A stretch of DNA of 64,000 bases. It comes from Podarcis gaigeae. Lineage: Eukaryota. The first letter of the stretch is position 1. Each line of letters opens with the position of its first letter. The notes under the pieces were generated by a model, which was not told the origin of the DNA, did no database searches, and saw only the letters and a list, made by a program, of their open reading frames with translations. This document shows positions 14,295 to 27,560 of this stretch, piece by piece. Both the position numbers and the translations under genes were made by a program. Location: NCBI GenBank assembly GCA_964106915.2, contig OZ066920.1. One strand, 5' to 3'.

Positions 14295-14535
14295 CAGTGG
14301 TACCTCAGTTTAAGAACAGCCCTGTTTACGAACGATTTGGTTTATGAACTCCACAAAACTGGAAGTAGTGTCGAGGGTTGCGTACTTTACCTCTGTCCAA
14401 GAATGGAATCCAAATGGTGGAAGGGCACTGGTGGTGGGAGGCCTCATTAGGGAAAGCGCACCTCGATTTAATAATGGTTTCAGTTTAAGAATGGACTTCC
14501 AGAACGGATTAAGTTCATAAACCGAGGTACCACTG
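14295..14535 (-). mobile_element. Tc1/mariner (Tigger/pogo-like) MITE
   Basis: TIR cagtggtacctc / gaggtaccactg with TA on both flanks. Orientation assigned from the subterminal ttaatYcgttccggaRgtcc motif. Confidence 0.88.
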
Positions 14536-17500
14536 TATTTCCAACACTGCTTTAAGTAAAAATTAGCAGCAAAAAAGTATCTCCCTTTGTTCGTTGTTCT
14601 TGTCTATTACTTGCTTTGACAGTGTCCCCATAGTGCTTTATTGTCTACATTAAATACTTGCAGTGCATGCCAAATATTTATACTTGAAAATGTATTTTAT
14701 TTGTTCCATTAGTACACACTCAGAAAAGCCAATATAAACCTTTCCCAATTTACATCTGCTGATTTAAGTTTATGTTTGCACCTACTTAGTTTTCCGTATT
14801 GCACACAACGTTTTGAGTTAATCTGGTATTTCAACATGCTACCTGTGCCAAATCAAAAGTTTGTTTAGCTTCTCACATTTCTTTCTAAATCACTTTTAAT
14901 CAGTAGTAAGTACTTGCCAAGTTCTAAGTAGACTTGAAGTGACATTTTTGACACATGAAAGCATATGAAGTGAGTAAGATTTTGTAATTCAGCCTGTTTG
15001 CCTTCCCAATATTATGCTGTTAACACTGATGTTTAAATTCCCCTCTAAATGTTCTAGGGTCTTTTTAAGTTCAACAGTACAGGAGGAGCCAGTTGTACTT
15101 CACTTCCCATCTCCAAAATGGGGAAGGCAATAACAGCTTATGAAACAGCCTCCTAGTTCCCCCTTTCTATCATTCTATGTATATAATATTTCACATTACT
15201 TCCCTCATTTTTTCATTTTCTCTTCAGAATTCTACATTTTTTTTATTTAAAAGACTTTTCTTTACAATCTGTCTCTTTGAAGGATATTTTCTGAACCTCC
15301 CCCCCCCCAAAGGGAGAGTATTCTTGCTGAGTTTGAGCATACCAGAGAGCCCTTTGAATCAGCTAATGTGCAAGGGGAGCAATCCTGTTTAGTGCTGGGT
15401 TCCTGCTTTGTGCAGCGCCTCAAAGGCTCCTAACAATCAGCTGTTTGCTGGGTGCTTTGGGAGCTGCACAGAGCAACTTTGAGCAAACCCCACCCTTTCA
15501 GTCAAGCCCTGCCCTTACTTGTATGACCTCAGGTACAGGGTAGGTGGTTGTGGCTTGCTCAGAATGGCCTCATGGGCCAAATGGTGAAGTTTGGGAGGCC
15601 AAGGCTAGCCCAGGATCTGGAAGTTCCCCAATCCTGACCTAGGGATATAAAAATTCAGCTCAACAAAGTGTAAATGAATTTTGACATAATTTAAAATAAC
15701 CACCACCAAAATGGAATAATGTGTCTAAGGGAAACGTGATTATGCTGAAATAAATTGCAGAAGCAGACGCAGCCTCTGAAATACAGGTGTCAACTGACCA
15801 CCTTTGTTATTTTTGAGATTGAGACTGGGAAATAAAAAATAAAATCTGTTAGCCAGATGATGCAATATGATACTCATTAGTATGAAATCCTCTTCTTAAA
15901 AAGAGAGACTTCTGTGACATTTGTCTTCCCAGCAAATGATAAATGTTGCATTGAAAAGGCACAGATCTTTAGGGTGTTGCCACAGCAAAGTGTACATTCC
16001 TTTGGCCATGACATTAACTTTGATGCTGTCCTGCAATTTGTGAATGCGTAGTAAAGTCACACGCACAAGGTCTTGCTTTGGAGGCATTTGTTTGTGGAAG
16101 TCCATCAATGTATTTCCGCGTGTTATATTAGTCATTGGCCAGAAAAACCCTTTTCCACAGATTTCAATAAACATTGCCATAGATTTGACACTTGCCCAAG
16201 CTCTTCATGAATATTGCAGCGGACAGTGTGGAAACTGATTCATACTTTAGAGAAAACATGTATCCATGTTACAGTTTTTTTGCTTTTTGTGTTTTTTGTG
16301 TTTGTTTTTTGAGATTGTAACACTATTACATTGGTCACATCTTTTAAAACACAGGAAAGCATTGAAACAACTTGTGGCGTAGTTCTTGAGTTTTCCTGCA
16401 GCCCTACTTGGAGATGAAAAGCCCTGAACATGGGACCTTCAGCATGCAAACAGTTGCTGTAACATTAAGCTACAGTTTCTCCTTTGCACATTAAGAAAAG
16501 TAGCAGCAGGCTGCTCTTTCAAACCAAGATCTCACTGATACATATTACTTTGATTTTGCAGCATTCCATTTAAAATTGTGAAACATTTTTGCCCCCCTTT
16601 TTGGATACCACCTGTGGGGTTCCTTTGATAGCAGTATGCAAAGGGAAAATCAGATACACACCCATGTTTTCACTTACCTACTTGTTTGTGTGTGCAGTAT
16701 TGTGGTGACATCTCATCACTTCAAAGCATAAAACCACAGAGGCAACAGTCAGAATGTGAAAGATTAAACTGCCATGCGTAGGCAGAGTTAACAAAAAAAA
16801 GACAAACAACAACTAACAAGACTGATAAATCACTGGCTTCTTATTTTTTTTCCACAGAGTGGCAAGCCCAAACAGAGGAAAATAATCAGTCACACAGGAC
16901 TGACAATTACACTTTATACATGCAGGACATTTTGTTTCTTAGCATGTAATATTGCAACTTTCCAAGACACAAGTAGGTAAAAGAACTAAATTTTAAATAC
17001 TATACAAACCACATTTCTGCATGAAATGTAACACTAGCAGACCTATTCAAACCTAGTTCTACCACAATCGCATCTAAAGTTGAGGAGGTTTTAAGAGTTT
17101 TAGAGGAACGGGGACACACAGGTGGAGGGGGATGCTAATCTCTCACTGAGACCACAGCCTGCAGTCTCTCTGCAGTCAGCTCACCCAGGTGTTTCTCTCC
17201 TCAGCTGAGTTTTGCTAATGGAAATAAGCATAGTTGGCAGGAAACCATTTGGTGGGGAAGGCTATGCAGTGATAAGACAGTAGACAAGAGAAGCACTCAT
17301 CTCCCGTTACCCGTGCAACCTTTTTCTTTTTGCTTAAAACGAGATTCAGTTCCCACTTTATACATGGCCGGGGCAGAATCAGTTTTAAACCAAGAGGCTT
17401 GTTGCCTAACACTGATATATATGGTGTTTGCCTCCTAAGGGCTGCATGTATGCTACTAAACATTTTCAGCGTGAGTTGGGGGGGGGGGAGGGAATATCTT

Positions 17501-17668
17501 GGTTGAAGCCTGAATCACCATATATATTGCCCAATGCGGATGCTTTCTGGAACTGTCAAACCGATTGCTACTGGTAGCTACAGCTGGATGGCTATGTCTT
17601 TCCCAGCATGCCTCTAACATGACAGCTCCAAGAATATTTACTCAAAAGCAAACCCCATTAATACTATG

Positions 17669-17778
17669 AGTGGTGTTCAACTAAGTTTTACCCACAGTAG
17701 ACCCCCTGAAATAAGCTTTGTCATGTTTATTAATTTTAATAGGTCTACTCTGAGCTAAACTAAGTTGAATACCACCCC
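17669..17778. repeat. Short palindromic (hairpin) interspersed element
   Basis: gtggtgttcaactaagttttacccacagtagacc...ggtctactctgagctaaactaagttgaataccac is self-complementary. A related copy is at about 49836-49942. Confidence 0.6.
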
Positions 17779-19077
17779 ATGTTTAAGATTTCAGCCTTAG
17801 TAATACTAGGTCACCGCAACAAAATACAAAGACAAAGTGATTTGCCCAAAATTACCAACACACATCTGCAAAGATCTGAAGCAGGTTGGGTATTATGAAC
17901 TGCAACTCTCAATTCATTGTCTGCAAACCTCAACATCAGGAAGCTACAATCTTCGAAGTCACACTACTTACTACAAACGAATCTTTAGGCCAGTGCCAAC
18001 TACACTGTACCCTAAACTGACATGTCAATTTAGGACAAGCAGTGGAGAAAAACAATATATATATATATACATATATAGTAGAACTTTCATCAGATCACAA
18101 CTCATCAGATTAGAATTTAGTTAGAGCCACCACCCCATCTCTTCAGAACAGCGGTAGAGCGATCTTTAAAATGTGGTTATAACATTAATGTTATGACTCA
18201 TTATCAAGGAAGATCTCACTTCCAGAAGCTGAGCACCTTATCACATTGGGGCATATTATCTCTATGTGAAAGTGGCCATCAATATCAATTCCTAGGCTCT
18301 TTGCACATTTTTAAAAAATATTGTAGGTATGCATCTGCCAACTGTATGTTCTGACAAGACTCCAGCCTAAGCATCATTATTAAAAATGGAAATTCATAGA
18401 ACATTTTTAGGTAAAATTTATAGGAAAAACTGACCAGCAATACCTCTTTAAGCAATGGCAAGTGCCATATAAGAACATATATTTACACATTCTATTCCAA
18501 CTTACTTCATGAGCTAAGGAAGATAATAATAATAATACCTTTTAATACAAGTTAACACAGAATATAACATTTATCATATATATACATATGTTTTCTAATC
18601 ATAACATTTAACCTTAAACTATTCAAAATAAATTAGGTTGGCAGAAAGTGACTAGTCCCTCAGCTGTAACAGCATCCAGATCCTTCAAGATTTTACAAGT
18701 GAGTGTCAGCGCATTGAAACAACCACAAACAACAACCTAGTGCTTTCAAAGTCTTCCACATGCATTATCTTGCTATAATTTTTGCACTGTTCCCATAAGG
18801 GCCTGGTTCACACATAACACAAGCCTTGTTTAATGCTAACTATAATTATATGTAAGGTATCTGACAAATAACCATTTAAATCTTGCTTTATTCTGCACCC
18901 CCACCCCATGGCCTGGCTTTCTCCTGTCAAAGGAGACACCAGAAATAGTCACACTTCACATGCCACTCTGGAGCTTTCGGCCAGTGCCAACTCCTTAACC
19001 GGACTTAAGGAGGACATCCAGATTCACACCTCATACTAAGTCATGGTTAATTTTAACTAAGGATTATAAACCAATTA

Positions 19078-19319
19078 CAGTGGTACCTTGGGTTAAGTAC
19101 TTAATTCGTTCCGGAGGTCCGTTCTTAACCTGAAACTGTTCTTAACCTGAAGCACCACTTTAGCTAATGGGGCCTTCTGCTGCTGCCACGCTGCCAGAGC
19201 CCGATTTCTGTTCTCATCCTGAAGCAAAGTTCTTAACCTGAAGCACTATTTCTGGGTTAGTGGACTCTGTAACCTGAAGTGTATGTAACCTGAAGCGTAT
19301 GTAACCTGAGGTACCACTG
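19078..19319 (+). mobile_element. Tigger-like MITE
   Basis: TA|cagtggtaccttgggttaag...gaggtaccactg|TA, with internal 16-bp gtaacctgaagcgtat repeats. Confidence 0.92.
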
Positions 19320-19989
19320 TACAAATCTTGGTCAATGAGTGACCTTAATAAACCATAGTTAAGCTGCTGGCCTGGGTTCACCCATAACACTAAGCATAAG
19401 GTGTTAACCAGGTAGAAGTACACCAATATTATGAACCCCAAACCATAGAGGTGGCTGCTTGGCAGGGGGAAAGGCTTGCCTGGGGCCATCATGTCAGAGG
19501 CAAGATTCAAATCAAGAACTTCACAATTCATAGTCCAGTATTTTATCTACTATAATCTGCCAGATCTCTCAGCACAAGTGGAGTCCCTTAAAAACTACTG
19601 CGATAGGCTCCCTATAATTGGCAACTACCACAAGATGGAAGTGCTCTTCCCCAAACCCATGCATACAGCCATATACCAGCATATTATAATAATCTAGCTT
19701 TCACAACTATGAAGGTATGAATAAACTTTCTATTTGAATAGACTCACGGAAAGTCCCAGGAAGGTGATGAGCAAACAGTATCATCCTTGGTGCCTCCCTG
19801 CCAAGAATTAGTGGAGCCTGAGGAACATTGCTCCATGGTGTATATGAATTCTGTGGTCAACAAACATACGTGAAATATTTTTTAAAAAATTGTATACAGA
19901 GTCATCACCCATGATTTCAGAAAGCTATACTGTTTACTTCCAGTGCAGATTTAAAGCAATCTGTACAGTGTCAAGGTTTTTGTCCTCCT

Positions 19990-20600
19990 GTCATCATTCT
20001 ATTAACCTTTCACTTCTGACAACATTGACCACATTCATCTCCATGCTCTTTCAATTTTGCGCACTGATTCTAGTCATATTGTATTTCCACAGTTCACTCA
20101 AGGTTTCTTTGTTAAGAGTTCTCTCTTTTCTCATTTCCACTATCCATTGGTGGTCTCAAGTCTATTTTGGCTTTGTTGTTTTACTTTTGGATCTCCATAT
20201 GATTTCTTCCATTCTTTCTTTGCCCGTATCATATTTACCTTACCAAGATTTCTGGTATTTGCTCCACTATTATTTCCAGTACAATCTAACTTACTAAAAC
20301 AAGTCAGCTAAAATTGAACTTCAAAATTGAACTTCTGCCTCTACTCTGCCATCCCTTACCTCTTCTTTGATACTAAGTTCTGCTGTCTCATCTAACTTCT
20401 CTCTCTTAAATTTGAAACCTCCAGGCAACTTCTGCTCGAGCTTTTTCTTTTACCTCCACAATGTTCACTCAATTCATCTTTAATACTTGCCCTTCTCTCT
20501 TTGGCTACAAATCCAAATCCTTGTCCAGTCTCTCATTATTTCTCACACGGACGATTTAAACACTTTGCTCAGCCTTCTTGCCTCTTCTCATATACCTATT
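19990..20600 (+). mobile_element. Ancient, highly decayed L2 RT remnant
   Basis: Traces of FDTIDH-like (gacaacattgaccac), QGS-like (caaggtttct) and ILVQSLIISH motifs in the expected order. Explains ORF 19890..20297. Confidence 0.45.
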
Positions 20601-21490
20601 TCCTTCTGATGAAAGCAGTGTGGCAGGGAACTGAGACCTTTCTTTGCAGGGGGTGGGGGGAACGAATCAGAATTCCATAAATTCAAAATAAAAAAGCTAG
20701 CTGTGCACTAGCAATAGATTTGCAGGAATAACAAAATAGTAATATAATTAAAATGTAAATTAATATAATTTAAAGTTTTGAAAAACAAATGTTCAACAGA
20801 ACCTAAATTACATTTTTTCAACTAAGAAAAGGGGAAATCAGTCAGTTTGTCTGAAGATCAAGAAACATTCTCGTTAAACTAGCACCAATCTGGAAGAAGA
20901 CTCACTTGGGTGCTCTTAAGCATCTCAAGGTATCTGTTAATAAAGGTCTATATAGGGGGAGGGGGGAATCACCATTATTTGTCAGAAAAAATGAAGAAAC
21001 ATTATATTGCACATCATTAACCAGAGATTTGAACAACAGCTACCCTGGCAAAATTTTCCCTACAGTTTACATGTGCACACTCAGTCAGATGAGAGTACAT
21101 AATCGGGGGGGGGGGGGGCTGGTCCCACAGTTGCTTTGATTCCTATCGCCTGCTTCAACCTTTTCTCCTCTATAAGAGATGGGATTTGCAGTGTTTAAGT
21201 GACAAGGATCATTTTATCTTGCGGCAACATTCATAGTATTCCAGAGAGTAGAGTTGAGTAGAGACAACAAAGTAAAGAAAAATAAAAGTGAGACAGAAAG
21301 TATGAAGTAGAGAAGCTGCAGCCCTCTTAGAGTTAAATAAGTTTTAGTCTCCAACTCTGATCAGAAACTTATTTTATGAAGCAAAGCAGGTTTCACAAGT
21401 TATACTGTTGGAAGCAGACGTACAGGAAAATGAAACAGGGAGGGGCTGATTGGCACCATCCTGGCAGCTGCCTGCTCTGCTCTCCCAGCC

Positions 21491-21493
<3 letters not shown>

Positions 21494-21528
<35 letters not shown>
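21494..21528. repeat. (GT)n microsatellite
   Basis: About 17 units. Confidence 0.95.
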
Positions 21529-21529
<1 letters not shown>

Positions 21530-21989
21530 CCTGTATCAGTTTGTCCTGTTAGATACCTGACTGCAGGTAACAGCATGCTTGTGCTGATTGCAGTGATGGT
21601 ACTGCTTGCTTGCTTGATTGCTGGCTAAATGAATATAGATAGGATTTAGTCTAGAGCTTGCCTTAGAAACACAGCCAGATGGGTGGGATATAAATAATAA
21701 CAGTAGTAGTAGTAGTAGTAGTAGTAGGGCAGGTGCACTACCAACCTGATCAATTAGGATACAGGCTTGCAGGCCAGGAGACAGGTCTGTGCCCTTTACC
21801 CAGAGGTGAGAGTTTTGGGGGTGGGGAAGTTGGTGGGTCCCACCTGAGTGAGAGACAGACGGAAGAGAGCTATACTATTTTTCACCCAACAGTGTGGGAT
21901 GTGCCCACCACTTAGCCTAAGTTTATGTGACCCTAATTTCTCACTGGTCTAGTGTGAAACTTGATGATGGTCCTAGGATGTGTCTGGTT

Positions 21990-23005
21990 GAGCAGGTAGC
22001 AGGGAGTTGCAAAGATGTTGCCCCAGTTTCAGTGGTGGTGGGCAGAAGGAGGTATAGTTGGATTAAAGTGGCTGACCACCAACTGGGACACAGACCTAGA
22101 TGATTGGTACCCGTCCCCCATTTCAGCCCTCCTACTCCTCCAGAAGTTACTGATACTGCTGAGCTCTCCAGTTTGGTGGTACTGTTACTGAATGGCAGAA
22201 CGGACCATAATAACACCATGCCCATTCGTGACTTGATTGTGGATAATGGAGCTGACCTGGCATATATTACCGAGACTTGGATGGCTGGCCCTGATATAAC
22301 TCAGCTGTACAGCACTAGACCAAGGGCTGGTGTGGGGGTGGGTGGGGGTGTTGCTATTGCCCATAGAAATAAATCTCCTTTACTGGAAAACCTCTTGCTC
22401 TTGGGATGGGCTGTCCTGCACACACCCAGCCAAGGAAGGCAACTGGTCCATAATCAATTATTTATTCAAAATAAATAAATAATTTACACACTTACAGCAG
22501 CTCCTTACAAATACACACTTCTAGTGTCTACATAGCTGGCATTAACTTTTCCAGGCTTGTGCCCCATGGACTAGTTGAAGCAACAGTGGGACCACATCCT
22601 CCTGGGCTTATGTACCCTTGTTTGACGGGAGTACGCAAACGCAACCTGAGACTTCTGCTGCACAGAAGTCACAGAACCCCCTCCACCTCCAACTACTCAG
22701 ACCCTTTCTCTTCCTCTTGCCCTGGCTCCTGCCTCATGGGTAGTACCAAACCTTATATATCGCTTGTTCCCCTCTCCTGCCCCCCCCCCCGTATTTCTGT
22801 CACACATTCTTCAGAACCCTGCCAGTTCCTGACATGGACTTAGTGGGACTGCACTAGTGATGGACCAGTGAAACAGACTGGGAACAGTGATGGTCTATTG
22901 ACCAGCCTTTTATACAGTGGTATCCCTGGCCAAGGTGGTCTCTGACATGGTGGTGGAGGATTGTCAGCCTGGGTATTTCAGCATCCATGAAGAGACTGCC
23001 ACTAG
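21990..23005 (+). mobile_element. L2 LINE 5'/APE endonuclease remnant, split by a solo LTR
   Basis: LVVLLLNGR...IRDLIVDNGADLAYITETW is an APE N-terminus. The match resumes after 22839 with RLGTVMVY and decayed GDFNIH-like (gggtatttcagcatccat) sequence. Confidence 0.7.
22412..22834 (-). mobile_element. Solo LTR (423 bp), Gypsy- or ERV-type
   Basis: Termini TGTC...GACA. 5-bp TSD tgggc/tggac. On the minus strand, TATATAAG (22752-22759) lies upstream of AATAAA (22461-22466). It interrupts the L2 remnant. Confidence 0.7.
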
Positions 23006-23409
23006 AACAAAAAATCTGAACCCCTCTAAAATTAACAAGTGGAAATAGGGTGGCTGCATAATTAAGAATTTCCAGTAGTACTGTTTAAAAGGGAAACTTT
23101 CAGTCTCCAACATAGCAATACATGGCACAGCACCAGTCTTACAGACGTTTCATACAAAAAACCTTATACTTGGAAACAGATTTCCAAGCACAACACACAT
23201 ACATATTGAATCAGTTAAAGGACCAAACTACATATTACATGGAGTTCTAAATAACATTCCTGTCACATCTCTTCAACCCTCCCCCCCAAGAAAATAATGA
23301 AAAGCAGCTGCAAGGCAGCAGAAAAAGGAGCTGGGAGCTCTGAAAGGAAAAAGGACAGCTGTACAAAGATGGCACTTAAGCATTACTCAGCACCTATTTT
23401 TCCTCTCAG

Positions 23410-23895
23410 TATTTTTATTTATTTAAACCATTTATAAACTGCTTAAAACTTTTAAAATGTTGAATAGGTATAGACATAAAACAGTATACTATACTGTATA
23501 ATTAAACCAAAAATACAACATAAAACCAGTCAAACAGTAGTATAAAAGCATTCAAAATCAATATAAACAAGGATTTAGCTAAAACATACAGATAAAAACA
23601 GGGGCTGATCTTATGAATGAGGGAAAATCTGGACGAAAAGGTATGTCCTTACAAGATGGCAGAGGGAAAGGTATGCCATAGCAGAGTGGCAATAGAGGAA
23701 AATGCCCATTTCCAGGTCACTTCTGTCATTCTGTAGGATGTGATGCCCCATGTACAATTTCCTCAGATGATCTAAATGATCTTACACAAGGTCAGAATGG
23801 TCCTGAGATTTTCAAGGATTTATATGTTTAACAACAAGCCTTTGAACATGGGCTGTTACCAGACTGGCAGCTAGTGCAGTGCCCTCAGCACATCA
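23410..23895 (-). mobile_element. Decayed L2 3' end
   Basis: tttatttatttaaaccatttataaactgc tail, then gaggaaaatgccc and aaggatttatatgtttaacaacaag (reverse of RAFS and LLxYK motifs). Confidence 0.45.
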
Positions 23896-26077
23896 ACTTA
23901 AAAACCTGCATCTCTAAAGCTGCTCTTTTCCCCCATGGGATAAAATATACTGCTATAACCCAACCCACTGTATAGCCCAGCAGTTCTCTGCAAATTAACT
24001 GCACTGTTGGAGCATTCCAAGTGGTTCATTCAGTGAAGGGACAAATCTTGGCAGGTCCTTTACAAAAAGGGGAACTGTGCCAGGCCTTATACATGGAGGG
24101 GTACATATCACTACTGACAAAGAGTACACTCAAGTGAAAAGGAAGGGAAGTCTTAAACTAACATACAGTCCAAGGGCATTTCAGAGTCCTTGGTCACTCA
24201 GGCCCTACAATCTTATACACCCCACCATACTAAAATAATACACCATCATCTACAAGGGTGGAAACTTTCATACTCAAGTGCCAATGCAGTCATCCAGGCC
24301 TCTCTATTGATTGACTGGTTGTTTCTGGCCACATCCACCTCAAATAATTCTCTATGAGGTTAATGTGGCCTCAGGATGAAAAAGATTCCCCGCTCTGGTC
24401 TACACTTACATATGGCAGGAAGCTAACCTAACAACTAAAAGTTGTGAAAAGCTAGAGTTCTTTTGTTTAAGTGAGACATACTTTTCTTATGGATATACTT
24501 TTGTCATGAATAAAGCAAACCACATTCCAAGTATTTTAGGGACTTTAAATAAAGTTATAATTCCTTAAATATATGTGTTGTTTGAAATATCTTCCATATT
24601 TAATACACACTTTGCTTCTTAGGAGAAAAATGTGAGAAAGAAATGCAAACAATTTGTGTCTGCATTACGTCTGATCTTCATAGGGGAATGGAGAATTTTA
24701 GAAGTGGAAGTTGTTATCCTGTTTTCATCATACTGCCGTTAATCATCCTGTACTGCCCTCCCCCAAAAAGGGGGGCAAGAAAAGGTTGAATATCATACTC
24801 AATGAAGTTCTTTAACAAAGGCAGCAATTGCAAACACATATGCTCTGGAATAAGTTCCACTGAACTGAGTGGGACTACGTGTTTAGCGTTGTCTTGAAAA
24901 GTTAGTGGAACAAAAAAGGATTATAGCTTCTAATCTAACTCTAAATCTCTATAAACCTTTTACTAACTGTAAATTTTTCAGCTGTTCTTAAAGGAGAATT
25001 TATGTGGAGAAAAACAAAGTTTGGTCAGTCTCAAAAAATCTCTTAAAAAACAAAGACCTCTTAAAAACAGACACAGAAAGTTTAGAAAATATGTTACTTG
25101 GATTTGAAACACTTTTTAGTTCCCAGTATGATGGATCAACGTGCTTTTCTATACCATCAATTTTGCCCTTCTTCTTTTTTAAAGAGACGCAATTCATTCA
25201 TTACAACTTTTCTATAACATCCTGAGCACTACTTACTACCTGTCTATGTATCTAAAAGTAGTCTTATTTGCCTGTAGGAAAAAAACTCCAAAATTCACAG
25301 ATGAACAATAAAGGTATTAGGACCAATACAGATCGTCACAAAAGCATGACAAGTTTTTGAGTTCTTCAGAAGGGTACTGAGGAAAATAAATGTTTTTACT
25401 ATAAACTCATTCTAGCCATATGAATATAGATGAAAAGGACAAGAGGGACATGATGACAACAATTAAAGATGTTTGTAGAATAAACCAAAAATATTACAGA
25501 ACATTTTATTTGTAAAAGTTCCAGAAACTACCATAGAGAAATGAAATGGAACAAGGAGTTCTCACATATTAAGTACTATGTTTAGAGAAGTTAGAAAAAT
25601 TGAAAGTTTAAAATACAGAAGCAGTTAATACTTCTTAAGCATTAAGACAGACAACTCTGAGGCGCCCAAAAATAACAATCTTGATTACAGAGGAATGTGA
25701 AACATTTTGAAAAAAATAAATGTAAATATTTTCAAGGAGATAAAAAAAGATACTATGTGCGCATCCTTGTAATACAGAAAGAATATCAAAACATTTGGCA
25801 GGTGATCTCCTAAGCCCTAAGGATTTCAATCAACAGTGGCTTTTGGGAATCACTTTGCTCCATGTCCTGTGTATAAATCTTGGAGCAGCATATCAGAGCC
25901 TGAAGAACAATAGTATTGTCAAGGGGACCCACAGAAGATGGCTAGTAGTTTTGAATGCTTTCAGGAATGCCTAAGTTAGATTGTCTCACTATACTTGGAC
26001 ATCAGATGGGAATGGTCAGTTATATCCCAAGCTGGAATCCCAGAACGGCCTACTAAATACTAAAAAATGAAACATAC

Positions 26078-27560
26078 TGTATAGTACTCACAGGAGATTT
26101 CAACTACCCTGATATCTGTTGGAATTCAAACTCTGCCAATAATGTAAAGTCCAACAAATTCCTCAATTGTCTTGCTGACAACTTCACCAGAACTTCCACC
26201 AGAAGGTGGAAGAAGCAACAAATGGATCATCTCTCTTGGACCTGGTCCTCACCAACAGGGAGGAACTGACTGATGAAATGAAAGTACAGTGGTACCTCAG
26301 GTTACATACGCTTCAGGTTACACATGCTTCAGGTTACAGACTCCGCTAACCCAGAAATAGTGCTTCAGGTTAAGAACTTTGCTTCAGGATGAGAACAGAA
26401 ATCGGGCTCTGGCAGTGCGGCGGCAGCAGGAGACCCCATTAGCTAAAGTGGTGCTTCAGGTTAAGAACAGTTTCAGGTTGAGAACGGACCTCTGGAATGA
26501 ATTAAGTACTTAACCCGAGGTACCACTGTATAGGGAACTTGGGAGGAAGTGATCATGTCCTTTTGGGTTTCATTATACACAGGAAAGGGAAACCTGAGTA
26601 TAGTCGGATATGCACTATGGTTTTTAAGAAGTCTGATTTCCAAAAGCTTAAGGAACTACTGTGTGAAGTCCTATGGTCAGAAATACTCAAAGGGAAGGAA
26701 GTCCAAGGTGGATGGGAGTTTCTTAAAGATGAAATATCGAAGGTACAAGAATAGATGATTCCAACAATAAAGAAAAGTGGGAGGCATCTAAAGAAACCAG
26801 TGTGGCTGCATAAGGAGCTTACAGATGAGCTGAGATATATAAGAAATTGAAGAAAAGTGAAATCACAAAGGAAGAGTATAAACGAGTAGCCAACAGTTGA
26901 AGGGAAAAGGTCAGGCGGGCCAAAGCTCAGAATGAACTCAGGCTTGCAAGAAAGGTTAAAAGCATTTTTTAAAAAAATATTTGGCTATGTCTGAAGCAAG
27001 AGGAAGAACAAGCAAATAGTAGGTCCCTTGTGTCAAGAAGAGGTAGAAATGCTACTGGGTGACAGAGAGATGGCGGAACTGCTCAACACCTACTTTGCCT
27101 CTGTCTTCACCCAAAAGGAAAGCAATGCCCAACCTAGTGATAACAGAAACAACAATGCAAGGAGGAAGCTGCAGTTCAAGATAGGAAGAGGTGGTAAGAG
27201 AACACCTAGTTACTTTATATGAACTCAAATATCCAGGGCCTGATGAACTGCACTCAAGGGTACTAAAGGTACTACTCCAAGGAGGTGTAATCTCAGAGCC
27301 TTTGTCTATAATCTTTGAAAATTTATAGAGAACAGGTGAGGTCCCAGCAGATTGCTGTCCCAATCTTCAAAAAGGGGGGAAAAGAAGACCCAGGTAGCTA
27401 CTGACTGGTGAGCTTGACATTGAAACCAGGAAAGATTATAGAATAGATAACTAAACAGTAAGTCTGAGCATTTAACAAACGATGCTGTGATTACTAAGAT
27501 GCAGCAAGGGTTTCTCAAAAGCAAGTCATGCCTGATGAATCGTATTTCTTTTTTTGATAA
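26078..27560 (+). mobile_element. CR1 LINE ORF2 fragment (endonuclease C-terminus to start of RT), decayed and interrupted by a MITE
   Basis: [48 protein letters not shown] and QQGFLKSKSC motifs, with many stops and frameshifts. Confidence 0.9.
26287..26528 (-). mobile_element. Tigger-like MITE inserted into CR1
   Basis: TIRs plus TA TSD. CR1 sequence is continuous on either side (aaagTA|TAtagggaacttgggaggaagtgatcat). Confidence 0.92.

Noticed and set aside
19261-19319. Short regularly spaced repeats resembling a CRISPR array
   Set aside because: They are tandem 16-bp units without unique spacers, inside a eukaryotic MITE, and there are no cas genes.
25300-26040. A-rich block as a possible endogenous viral or L1 remnant
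   Set aside because: Partial manual translation gave no recognisable motif, so a call cannot be supported without a database search.
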